Shown here piece after piece: positions 28,224 through 36,938 of a DNA stretch of 64,000 nt. The position numbers and the translations under genes are program-made. The stretch's first letter is position 1. Each line of letters opens with the position of its first letter. Source of the stretch: an uncultured Candidatus Saccharibacteria bacterium (GTDB taxonomy: Bacteria > Patescibacteriota > Minisyncoccia > CAIUEV01 > JAHKAQ01). The DNA lies in contig CAZRBB010000003.1 in the NCBI GenBank assembly GCA_964598205.1, positions 115,186-179,185 of the forward strand, in the 5' to 3' direction. Below the pieces are notes generated by a model. That model had not been told where the DNA came from. It saw nothing but the letters and a program-made list of their open reading frames with translations, and made no database searches.

Positions 28224-29054
28224 ATGACCAGAGAAAGGCTAACTATTACACTAAAAAAAGATATCATCGGTTTTTTGGATCGTTTTGTAGATGGGGCACG
28301 GATTAGAAACCGTTCTCATGCCATAGAATATATTTTGGCTAAGCATTTTTTACCGGAATCGGTTAAGGTGTTGATTCTAACAGGGGGAGAGGGGATAAAG
28401 TTGCGACCAATAACTTACGAAATTCCTAAAGCATTGATCCCGATTCATAATCGACCGCTTTTGGAATACACGCTGGAATTTTTAGCTAAGGCGAATTTAA
28501 AAGACTTAATTTTTGCGACTGGTCACTTGGGAGAAAAAATAGAAGCTCACTTTTTAGATGGGACTCGGTTTGGAGTAAAAATAAGTTATTCCAGAGAGAA
28601 AGAAAAAAATTCAGGAACAGTAGTGCCGCTTTTAGAAGCGCGTTCTCAATTGGAAGGTGGGACTTTTTTGGTAGTTTATGGCGATGTTCTAGCTGATATT
28701 GATTACTTGGATCTTTTAGAGTTTCATAAAAAAAATAAGGGATTGGCAACGGTGGCTTTGACTTCGGTAGATCGACCGGCGGAATGGGGAGTAGCAAGTT
28801 TGCAGGGTAATCGGATTACGCAGTTCGAAGAGAAACCAAAAACTAAAGTTTCTTCTCACTTGATTAATGCTGGGGTTTATGTTTTTGATTCGCGGATTTT
28901 TGATTATTTGAGCCCAGACCAGCGAAGTTTGTCTGGGGATGTTTTCCCTCTTTTGGCTCAAAAAGGTGAATTGTTGGGATATTCTTTTTTTGGTCGGTGG
29001 CACGATGTTGGTTCGCCACGGGCCTATACTCAGGCGCTTAAGGAATGGCGGTAA
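28224..29054 (+). CDS. Fusion protein: N-terminal ribbon-helix-helix (CopG/Arc/MetJ-like) domain plus a sugar-1-phosphate nucleotidyltransferase (RmlA/GalU/GlgC-like NTP_transferase)
   Basis: Residues ~4-42 RLTITLKKDIIGFLDRFVDGARIRNRSHAIEYILAKH fit the RHH beta-alphaA-G-x-(S/N)-alphaB pattern. They are followed by LILTGGEGIKLRPITYEIPKALIPI, the G-rich NDP-sugar pyrophosphorylase motif. Confidence 0.7.
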   Translation: MTRERLTITLKKDIIGFLDRFVDGARIRNRSHAIEYILAKHFLPESVKVLILTGGEGIKLRPITYEIPKALIPIHNRPLLEYTLEFLAKANLKDLIFATGHLGEKIEAHFLDGTRFGVKISYSREKEKNSGTVVPLLEARSQLEGGTFLVVYGDVLADIDYLDLLEFHKKNKGLATVALTSVDRPAEWGVASLQGNRITQFEEKPKTKVSSHLINAGVYVFDSRIFDYLSPDQRSLSGDVFPLLAQKGELLGYSFFGRWHDVGSPRAYTQALKEWR

Positions 29055-29413
29055 TTCAATTACGAATAAAGAATAAAGAATTACGAATAAAATTAGAATT
29101 GAGAGTTTTAAATTATTTTGGAATTCAGAATTAACAAGAAGGGATTCTTCGCTTCGCTCAGTATGACAAAAATAATTTGTAATTTAGAATTAAAAATTTA
29201 TTCGAAATTCAAAACTCGAAATTAAGAATTATATGTCTTGGTAAATTTGACAGTACAAAAAAAAGGCTTATGATAAAGCCATAAATTATTCAATGATTTT
29301 AAGACAAACCACAATCTGTTCCGCAGTAAAAAAGGCAGGGTCTACCCCAGCCGGTTTTGGTTTGTTCTTAAGAAGTAACGGATGATCTAAGGAAAAAATC
29401 TAAGAGCAAACCA

Positions 29414-29448
29414 AAATCGGCAATCAAAAAGCCGATTTTTTGTTTTTT
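29414..29448 (+). terminator. Rho-independent terminator at the end of a 360-nt noncoding stretch
   Basis: aaatcggc-aatcaaaaa-gccgattt + TTTTTGTTTTTT. Confidence 0.5.
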
Positions 29449-29570
29449 GAACCTTTTGGTCGGAAGATAAACTTCTCCCAAACGGCTCAAAATGAGTCGG
29501 AAAGAACATTACAAACCAATCAACAAAAAATCCAAATGGGTAAGAACCAATAACCGAGGGAGGTTAAAGC

Positions 29571-31142
29571 ATGGAAGCACAAGCACAAACATTACAGAGT
29601 CAGGGGCAGACTGTTGCCAGCATAGCGACGGTCAAAGAATTACAACTTTTTAATGCACCGGTAGTAAATTGGGTGCGCGGCTGGCCGGCAATTAGTTTTG
29701 AGCCGGAGTTTTCCAAAGAAGGCAACCAGATTGCGGATATTATTCACGCGGGATGTTATGCTAAGCGAGTGCCAGTGGAAGTAGTGAAAGAGCTGGTGAA
29801 GATTGCTTACGCAACTGGCTTAGTTGCTGGTAGTGATGGGCATCGGATCGGTTACGACGGTTCTTGTATTGCACAAATTGCCCCGGAGTGCGCAGGTCGG
29901 AACGGTGACGGAATTTTTCTGGCTGATCTTGACCGGTTACGGAGCCAAAAGCCGGCGAGCGTTCCGGAATTTGTGACGCAGAGCGTAAAGTTTTTTCAGC
30001 GGAACGGAGATTTATTTTCCGGATTCTCCGGTTGCAATGGCGACTTTTCCAAAAAGTTTAAGTATGGAGTTTTCCGGATGGAATCGCTTTATTCCATTCC
30101 GCCGGGATTTAGGGAAATGGGACTTGAGGATTTTTTCCGCTTCGTGGCGATAAATCTTTGGGAGCGAAAAGAATTGTTTGGGGAGAATTTTGTGGAGGTG
30201 CATCGATCTTCTACAATTCCAAAGGACGACGACCCCGAAAGATGTTTATTCGAAACCTTTGGTCACTGGGAACAACTGGAAGGCGTCCTGGACACACAGC
30301 AGTGGGGGAAGGTGCCGCTTTTCTGCCGCATTGCTCCGTCTTACGGTGAGTGCTGTTTGGGGTGGGAACTGGCAATCACGGTGACCGATCCTCGGTCCAA
30401 CCTGTTTACCGTTGGGGTAAATATGGTGTGGGACAGTGTGCGGCATCAGTTTGTGCCGATTATCAACAAGATCCAGACCATGGTGCTTCACCTCGACAAG
30501 TGTCTTCGGTATTGGGGGCAGGAAATGCTTTCTGACGACGAGCTCTTGAGCCGAAAACTGTTCTTGGAGCTTCAGGGGGAAATCAACAAGTTTTTGGGTG
30601 GTGACCTGTTTTACACCATGATCGCCGCGATTGTTTCTTTCTATCGGTTGCGAGAGTATCCAGCAATCAAGGGGATTTGCGGTCGGGATAATCTTTGGCT
30701 GAAGTATCACGCCAAAGAAGTTCTGGCCAAGAAGGGTGTGGCGGCGGCAGAACAGGTACGGAAACGATCGGAGGAGATTTACGACAAGAAATTTGCTCAC
30801 CTGGGATTTGCCCGAACGCACGGTTGCTGGGAATTGCCGCAGGAGAGCTATGCTAAATTTCTTCGGCGAGCACTGGTTCCATATCAACTGGCACAAAACG
30901 AGATCATAAGGGTAGAGGTGGAGCGAGGCGGTCGGATTCAGCCAAAGAACATTAGTCTTCCGACTTATGCGGAAAAAACAACGCCGAATGGGTTGGGAGC
31001 GGTTTTAAAGGTGATGGACAATTGTTTTTGTTCCGTCCCCTTGGAGATTGGTTCCTTTCAGGGGATAGGCGAAGTTCTCCAGGAACGGCGGAACGAGCGT
31101 TCAAGAATCAAAAAAGAGAGGGAGGCCCTGTTGATTGGTTAA
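29571..31142 (+). CDS. Hypothetical protein, 523 aa, GC-rich, with no recognisable motif
   Basis: Long clean ORF with SD gagggagg 6 nt upstream, ~50% GC, and a terminator at 31180-31212. Confidence 0.6.
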   Translation: MEAQAQTLQSQGQTVASIATVKELQLFNAPVVNWVRGWPAISFEPEFSKEGNQIADIIHAGCYAKRVPVEVVKELVKIAYATGLVAGSDGHRIGYDGSCIAQIAPECAGRNGDGIFLADLDRLRSQKPASVPEFVTQSVKFFQRNGDLFSGFSGCNGDFSKKFKYGVFRMESLYSIPPGFREMGLEDFFRFVAINLWERKELFGENFVEVHRSSTIPKDDDPERCLFETFGHWEQLEGVLDTQQWGKVPLFCRIAPSYGECCLGWELAITVTDPRSNLFTVGVNMVWDSVRHQFVPIINKIQTMVLHLDKCLRYWGQEMLSDDELLSRKLFLELQGEINKFLGGDLFYTMIAAIVSFYRLREYPAIKGICGRDNLWLKYHAKEVLAKKGVAAAEQVRKRSEEIYDKKFAHLGFARTHGCWELPQESYAKFLRRALVPYQLAQNEIIRVEVERGGRIQPKNISLPTYAEKTTPNGLGAVLKVMDNCFCSVPLEIGSFQGIGEVLQERRNERSRIKKEREALLIG

Positions 31143-31179
31143 TAAACAAATAACGGCTAGAGAACTAGCCACAACAAGA

Positions 31180-31212
31180 AGGACAAAAGCTTTACGCTTT
31201 TGTCCTTCTTTT
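31180..31212 (+). terminator. Rho-independent terminator
   Basis: aggacaaaagc-tttac-gcttttgtcct + TCTTTT. Confidence 0.65.
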
Positions 31213-31273
31213 AATTTAGGAGAGAAAATTTTAGATTTATGCTAAATTGGCGAATCTTAAAATTGTTTTTGAT

Positions 31274-32365
31274 TCAAGCTAAATGGTCAGAGGTAATGAT
31301 GTCTAGTAGAATTTTGGTGAATTTAGAAAATTGAGAAATATTTAATTTTTCTTTAGTGGTATGGCAACCAGTATAGCCTAAGCCTAGATTCAAAGATTTA
31401 ATTTCTTTTTCTTCTAAGCAATTATTGCTACTGATTAGGAGTTTTTTTTGCAACTTTAATTTGATGCCATTTTTTTGGTAAGCGACAACAATTTTTTGAA
31501 CAAATGGGCTTTTGGGGCCGGCGTTTGTACCGGTGTAGGTTTCTAAAATTTCTACTTTGGTTTTGGTTTTGAATTTTTGATCGGCCAAATGGGCTTCTTT
31601 TTTTATTTTTTTTAAAAAGGTAGTAACATCTTTTTCTTTAAAGCAATAGATGTTGCCTTTTAATTCGGCGGACTTGGGAACCATGGTGGTGGCGGTGCCA
31701 CCAGTAATAATGCCGGTATTAGCTATGCAACCTTTTTGGTAAAATCCCCAAGGCAAACGGCTAATAATTTGAGTTAGGGCGGTAATGGCGTTAGCTCCTT
31801 TAGGGTAGTCCATTTGAGCGTAAACTTCTTTACCTAAAACTTTAATCAAGAAAACTTTAGCAAAAGGTCCTTGGGCAATGGCTTCGTTAATTGGGGCGGC
31901 ATTATCTAGCACCAAAGAAAGTTTTGATTCTGGCTGGGCATAATTTAGTGTATGATCGCCAGCTTCTTCGTTGGTGGAAAAAATAAATTCCAAATTTTTT
32001 AATTCTTTTTTTTGATTGCGGAAAAAATCCAAAACAAAAAGAATGGCGGCGATGCCAGACTTGGGGTCGGCGCCGAGAATAGTAGTGCCATCGCTAGTAA
32101 TAAAACTTCCTTTTATTTTTGGTTTAATATTTTCTCCGGGAGAAACGGTATCTAGGTGGGTGGTCAGGAGAAGAGCTTTTTTAGCGTCAAATTTTTTAGT
32201 CTTAAAAACTAAATTACCAAATCGGTCTAGTTTTCCTTTTAGATTTCTTTTTTTTAATTCTTTTTTTAGGTGATTTTGAAAACGCTCAACTCTACCAGTA
32301 GGACTGCCAATTCTTACCAGTTCTAAAAAAATCCTTATCAATTGATTTTGGAATACTTGATTCAT
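31274..32365 (-). CDS. M20-family metallopeptidase (PepT/ArgE/DapE-like)
   Basis: THLDTV, GADPKSGIAA and NEEAGD metal-ligand motifs. Confidence 0.55.
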   Translation of the reverse strand: MNQVFQNQLIRIFLELVRIGSPTGRVERFQNHLKKELKKRNLKGKLDRFGNLVFKTKKFDAKKALLLTTHLDTVSPGENIKPKIKGSFITSDGTTILGADPKSGIAAILFVLDFFRNQKKELKNLEFIFSTNEEAGDHTLNYAQPESKLSLVLDNAAPINEAIAQGPFAKVFLIKVLGKEVYAQMDYPKGANAITALTQIISRLPWGFYQKGCIANTGIITGGTATTMVPKSAELKGNIYCFKEKDVTTFLKKIKKEAHLADQKFKTKTKVEILETYTGTNAGPKSPFVQKIVVAYQKNGIKLKLQKKLLISSNNCLEEKEIKSLNLGLGYTGCHTTKEKLNISQFSKFTKILLDIITSDHLA

Positions 32366-32501
32366 AAAGTGAATTTACTGGTTTGTTTAAAAAAATGGAA
32401 GAGGGTGTTTTTTTATATTGATCTAGTTATTAAAATAAAAGTTTGAGCTTTGGAAAGAGTTGTTGTATATTAAAGAAGAAATTTAACCATTAACAAAAAA
32501 A

Positions 32502-32735
32502 ATGGGTCTTAAAGAACTCTTGCAAAAATGGGGTCTAATGAAAAAAGATGAATCAGTGGAAGGTGGAGAAGTGCAAAGCAACAACGAAGAAGAAGTTGCT
32601 ACACCAACAGAGACCGAAGAAGACTCAGAGGTAACAGTGGTGGACGATGATTCGGAAACCGAAACAGAAGAAGCCCCTGTTTCAACAGAGATGCCTACCA
32701 AAGAAACAGACGAAACAGACGAAACAAACAATTAA
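32502..32735 (+). CDS. Small acidic protein (77 aa, E/D/T-rich tail); hypothetical
   Basis: Complete ORF followed by a strong terminator. Confidence 0.45.
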   Translation: MGLKELLQKWGLMKKDESVEGGEVQSNNEEEVATPTETEEDSEVTVVDDDSETETEEAPVSTEMPTKETDETDETNN

Positions 32736-32754
32736 AACTGTTTTTTCAAGTCAA

Positions 32755-32780
32755 AAAGCGCGCCACTGGCGCGCTTTTTG
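32755..32780 (+). terminator. Rho-independent terminator
   Basis: agcgcgcc-actg-ggcgcgct + TTTTT. Confidence 0.8.
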
Positions 32781-32790
32781 ATATTTAAAT

Positions 32791-32932
32791 GGACTTACGC
32801 GTAGCCGCATATTTCTTTGTTAAAACCTGCGCCACTCGCTCACCGTAACCTAATTACGTCCCGCCTCGGACGGCGGGCATGCTCGCTCGCTTGCTCGGTT
32901 TTGCCTCGAACTATACTCAAACGCGTAAGTCC
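32791..32932 (+). repeat. Dispersed TIR repeat family, copy C (full length, 142 bp, 12-bp perfect TIR ggacttacgcgt/acgcgtaagtcc, with GC-hairpin insert)
   Basis: Reference copy. Convergent intergenic region between the small acidic ORF and zupT. Confidence 0.85.
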
Positions 32933-32947
32933 TAATTTTTAAGAGAA

Positions 32948-33685
32948 TTATTTGAAAAGGAACATTAATAATATACCAGCAATAATCCCCAAGAGTTGTA
33001 AGAATGATTTAGGGAAACTAATTTCTTTTTGGAGTTCTGGAATTAAATCAGCGGTGGCGATGTAGATAAAGCCACCGGCGGCCAGGGGAAGAAGGTTGGC
33101 AGTAATAGTGGTTGATCCTTGGAAAAGAAAAAATATTGTCCAAAAGCCTAAAAAAGCGGTTAAAGAGGTTAGAAAATTAAGCCAGAGAGCCTTTTTGGGA
33201 GAGAAGCCGGCATGAATTAAAACTCCAAAGTCGCCGATTTCTTGAGGAACTTCGTGAAGGGCAATGGCAATGGTAGAAGAAATTCCCAGAGCTGGATTGG
33301 CCAAAAAGGAGGCAGCAATAATGGTGCCATCTATAAAATTGTGAATTAAATCTCCAATAATATTCATTAGCCCTAGGTGGTGAGGGTGTTTGGGGCCCGT
33401 AGTAATGTGACAGTGGCGCCAGCAGATTAGTTTTTCCAAAATAAAAAAAAGGATGATTCCCGCTAAGACTCCTATAAACAAGTGTTCTTTGTTGGTGGAT
33501 ATTTCTAGGGCTTCTGGAATAAGATGTAAGAAGGCTCCCCCTAAAAGGGTTCCAGCAGAGAGAGAAACGAGTAAAAAAATTAATTTATTAAGAACGGTTC
33601 TTCCTAGAAGCAAAGTTAAAGCGCCACCTAGAGAAATTAGGGAAATAATAAAAATAGAAATTGACCCTTGAATAAATGGAGACAT
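32948..33685 (-). CDS. zupT: ZIP-family zinc transporter
   Basis: HEVPQEIGDFGVL motif and 8 TM helices. Confidence 0.85.
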   Translation of the reverse strand: MSPFIQGSISIFIISLISLGGALTLLLGRTVLNKLIFLLVSLSAGTLLGGAFLHLIPEALEISTNKEHLFIGVLAGIILFFILEKLICWRHCHITTGPKHPHHLGLMNIIGDLIHNFIDGTIIAASFLANPALGISSTIAIALHEVPQEIGDFGVLIHAGFSPKKALWLNFLTSLTAFLGFWTIFFLFQGSTTITANLLPLAAGGFIYIATADLIPELQKEISFPKSFLQLLGIIAGILLMFLFK

Positions 33686-33734
33686 TGGTTCTTTTAATGA
33701 CTTGTAGTATACACATAATATACTAGAAAAATAA

Positions 33735-34829
33735 ATGAGTTATAAAATTGTTTTAAATTCTAAGTTAAGTGGGGCGCGCTTGGGTCGACTCAAAACTGCA
33801 CATGGGGTTTTAGGGACGCCTTTTTTTATGACGATTGCTACACGAGGAGTGGTAAAGGGGATTACGGTGGAAGAATTAAAAGAAGCGCAGACGGAAATCG
33901 TTTTAGGGAATACTTATCATTTAATGATTCGACCGGGTCGAAAATTTTTAAAAGAGAAAGGCGGTCTGCATCAATTTATGAACTGGGACGGACCGATTCT
34001 AACGGATAGTGGTGGGTATCAAGTGTTTAGTCTTAAGGATCATCGGAAGATAACTGAAGAAGGGGTGGAGTTTAAAGATCCTCGGGATGGCAAGAAATAT
34101 TTTTTAAGTCCCAAAGAATCTATTTTGGTACAAAAGGCGATTGGTTCGGATATTATTTTAGCACTCGATGAATGTACGCCTTATTCTCCCCAGAAAGAAA
34201 AAGTGGCCGAAGCGGTAAGAAGAACAATCAAGTGGGCTCATGAAAGTTACAAAGAGCACGCTAAAAATCCTAATGGTCAGTTGATTTTTGCGGTTGGCCA
34301 GGGCGATCGTTTCCTAGATTTGCGGGAAGAGTGTTTGGCGAGATTAAAAGAAATTCCTTTTGACGGTTTTTGTTATGGAGGGATGGCGCCTTTAAAAACG
34401 GTTTATAAAATGTTAGAAAAAACCACGCCTTTTTATTCGGTGGATAAGCCAAGGTATTTAATGGGAGTAGGCTATCCAGAAGACATTGTAGAAGCGGTAA
34501 GACGAGGGATCGATATGTTTGATTGCGTAATTCCCACCAGAGAAGGTCGTCATGGCAGGGTTTTTGTGCGGGATAAGAAGGTTAAGTTGGGGGATCCTGG
34601 ATTTTATAAAAGATTGAATTTTTATAATGCCGAATGGCAAAAGGAAACTGCTTCTATTGCCAATGATTGTGCTTGTCCGGCCTGCCGGATGTATGGTAAA
34701 GATTATATAAATTACTTATTCAAAATGGAGGATTATTTGGGGCCAAGATTGGCTAGTTTGCACAATATTTATTTTTACCAATCTTTAATGCGGGAAATTC
34801 GGAGAGAAATTCAGCAGGGTAATTTTTAA
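33735..34829 (+). CDS. tgt: Queuine tRNA-ribosyltransferase
   Basis: LGTPFFM, DSGGYQV, LDEC, and zinc site CACPACRMY...H. Confidence 0.9.
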   Translation: MSYKIVLNSKLSGARLGRLKTAHGVLGTPFFMTIATRGVVKGITVEELKEAQTEIVLGNTYHLMIRPGRKFLKEKGGLHQFMNWDGPILTDSGGYQVFSLKDHRKITEEGVEFKDPRDGKKYFLSPKESILVQKAIGSDIILALDECTPYSPQKEKVAEAVRRTIKWAHESYKEHAKNPNGQLIFAVGQGDRFLDLREECLARLKEIPFDGFCYGGMAPLKTVYKMLEKTTPFYSVDKPRYLMGVGYPEDIVEAVRRGIDMFDCVIPTREGRHGRVFVRDKKVKLGDPGFYKRLNFYNAEWQKETASIANDCACPACRMYGKDYINYLFKMEDYLGPRLASLHNIYFYQSLMREIRREIQQGNF

Positions 34830-34871
34830 CATCAGCAAGGCTTGGGGGCGGTAAGATACCGAAACTATAAT

Positions 34872-34944
34872 GGGCCAATAGCTCAGTTGGTAGAGCGCAG
34901 CATTCGCATTGCTGAGGTCAGGGGTTCGATTCCCCTTTGGTCCA
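34872..34944 (+). tRNA. tRNA-Ala (anticodon CGC)
   Basis: GGGCCAATAGCTCAGTTGGTAGAGCGCAGCATTCGCATTGCTGAGGTCAGGGGTTCGATTCCCCTTTGGTCCA. G3:U70 Ala identity pair; anticodon loop TTCGCAT; CCA not encoded. Confidence 0.9.
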
Positions 34945-35003
34945 CAATTTTAAAAATTCCCTTCCGGTTTTTTACGCGGTAGAGACATATCTTAAAATGA
35001 GCG

Positions 35004-36182
35004 TTACGATACTTTGTTTTCGGTGTCTATGGCTTTTTGATAAAGCGATTCGTACTTTTTAATTATCTTATTAATATCGTGCTCTTCTATTATTTTTAAA
35101 CTTTCTTCTGACATTTTATTTCTTAACTCTTTGTCAGAAAAAATACTAACAATATGCTTGGCAACGGATTCTGTTTGACCTTCTTGGAACAAAAACCCAT
35201 TTTTTCCATGCTTAACTAGATGAGGCAGTGCCATGGCATTAACTGCAATAATCGGCAGACCAGAGGCCATGGCTTCCATGGTGGCAATGCTTTGCAGTTC
35301 TACGGTGCCAGCAATTAGAAAGCAATCGGCGACTCGATATAAATTGGGCTTGTCTTTGTCGGGTACAAAACCAGTAAAGGTAACAGATTTCTCTATTCCC
35401 AAATCGGTTACTAATTTTTTTAAATTAGCTTCTTCGGCGCCAAATCCAGCGGTCACAAAATGAGCATCAATTTTTTTTGTGGCAATAGCAAATGCTTTTA
35501 AAAGAAAATCAACATACTTTTCCTTATCTAGCCTTCCTAAATACATTAAAGTTGGTTTGTTTGGAAGGTGGTATTTCTTTCTAAGATAATCGCTGTTGTT
35601 TTTGTTGTTAAAGATCTCAAGATCGATTCCATTGGAGATTGAGCTGATTGGTTTTTTGAGGCCGATTTTAGTTAATATTTGGGCTCCGGTTTCGGTGGGG
35701 GCAGTAACGGCGTTTAATTTTTCAAAGACTCTTCTAAAATCATTCCAGGCTAATCGAATAATATAAGCTTCTATTTTTTTGGGTAAATGCAGATAATGGG
35801 TTAAGTTTTCTGGCATAAAGTGATTGGTTCCTACTACGGGGATTCCAAGCTCTTTGGCAACTTTTATAATTGTATTGCTGAAGGCGAGATGGCTTTGAAG
35901 GTGAATAATATCTGGTGAAAATTCTTTGATAATTTTCTGAATAGTGTTTTTTATAAAAAAAGATTGAGCGATTCTAACCCCGTTGATAAATATTGAGAAA
36001 GATCGAATTCCCAAAACCGAAACGCCATTTAGTTTATAGGTTTCATGATGTAGGAATCGAGAAGGGGCAATCACCAAGACGGAATGTCCTCTTTTATTAA
36101 GATAGTGGGCTAGTCTTTGGGTAAAGTAAGAGGCGCCATTAACATTGGGATAAAAAGTAGGACCAGCAATGAGAATCTTCAT
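35004..36182 (-). CDS. Glycosyltransferase family 4
   Basis: GT-B layout; E...EAMASGLPIIA motif near the C-terminus. Confidence 0.8.
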   Translation of the reverse strand: MKILIAGPTFYPNVNGASYFTQRLAHYLNKRGHSVLVIAPSRFLHHETYKLNGVSVLGIRSFSIFINGVRIAQSFFIKNTIQKIIKEFSPDIIHLQSHLAFSNTIIKVAKELGIPVVGTNHFMPENLTHYLHLPKKIEAYIIRLAWNDFRRVFEKLNAVTAPTETGAQILTKIGLKKPISSISNGIDLEIFNNKNNSDYLRKKYHLPNKPTLMYLGRLDKEKYVDFLLKAFAIATKKIDAHFVTAGFGAEEANLKKLVTDLGIEKSVTFTGFVPDKDKPNLYRVADCFLIAGTVELQSIATMEAMASGLPIIAVNAMALPHLVKHGKNGFLFQEGQTESVAKHIVSIFSDKELRNKMSEESLKIIEEHDINKIIKKYESLYQKAIDTENKVS

Positions 36183-36194
36183 TTTATTGGCGGA

Positions 36195-36785
36195 TTAAAG
36201 GTCTTTGCTCCCATATTTTGCACTGACCCTTTTTAGCGTTAAGTGGATTACAATAAATATAATGCTCAGTCCGATTGTGATGATTGCCGTATAATCTAAA
36301 TATGTATTGATCTTGTTATAGGTTTCACCAAAAAAGTAACCAATAAGCAAAAGAATTAACGATTTTGGTAGGGTAGGAATAAAGTTATACCAAATAAACT
36401 TTCTAAAGGGTATCCTAGCTACTCCGGCGGCCACCAACAAAACAGCACCAATGGCATTAGTTAGCTTTCCAATGATTAATGTTTTGCCACTATGTTTTTT
36501 AAAATGTTTTTCTAATCTTTCTATGCGCTTTACTGTGATGCCTAGAAAATGCCCCCAGCGTTCAATAAAGTTTTTTCTGCCATAATATCCTAATGCGTAA
36601 TAAAGACTATCTCCTACTAAATCACCAACTACTACCACTGCATATACGGCAAAAAGATTAAGATGACCAATAGAAGATAGGAATCCTGCAATAACGGTAA
36701 TAATCGGTCCTTCAACAATGACCATTGGAAAAAGGAAAAAATAGGTATAGGTATTTAGGAGAAAAATAATTTCTTGAAACGACAT
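36195..36785 (-). CDS. DedA family (VTT domain) membrane protein
   Basis: 196 aa polytopic. GKLTNAIGAVLLVAAGVARIPFRKF is DedA core-like. Confidence 0.65.
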   Translation of the reverse strand: MSFQEIIFLLNTYTYFFLFPMVIVEGPIITVIAGFLSSIGHLNLFAVYAVVVVGDLVGDSLYYALGYYGRKNFIERWGHFLGITVKRIERLEKHFKKHSGKTLIIGKLTNAIGAVLLVAAGVARIPFRKFIWYNFIPTLPKSLILLLIGYFFGETYNKINTYLDYTAIITIGLSIIFIVIHLTLKRVSAKYGSKDL

Positions 36786-36938
36786 TAAGTTTGTATAGTT
36801 TTTTCTGGCTATAAACGCTATTAAGGTTCGTTTATAATATCTCTATCCTTAATTAATTCCAACTATAAAAAGCCCCTGCTTTGGCAGGAGCTTTTTATGC
36901 TGATAATAAAATAAATAAGGCCGAGCGAGTAAAAAATG

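Noticed and set aside
13978-29492. Shared 16-mer aacggctcaaaatgag at 13978 and 29475, a possible island boundary signal
   Set aside because: A single exact 16-mer match is about what chance predicts for 64 kb compared against itself. The flanking sequence does not extend the similarity.
26509-32932. Short peptide ORFs inside repeat copies B and C (MLTYFSGFALNYNQMCKS / MLARLLGFASNYTQTRKS)
   Set aside because: The frame is not preserved in copies G, A or F, which carry indels and have no ATG. Conservation is at the nucleotide level, not the peptide level.
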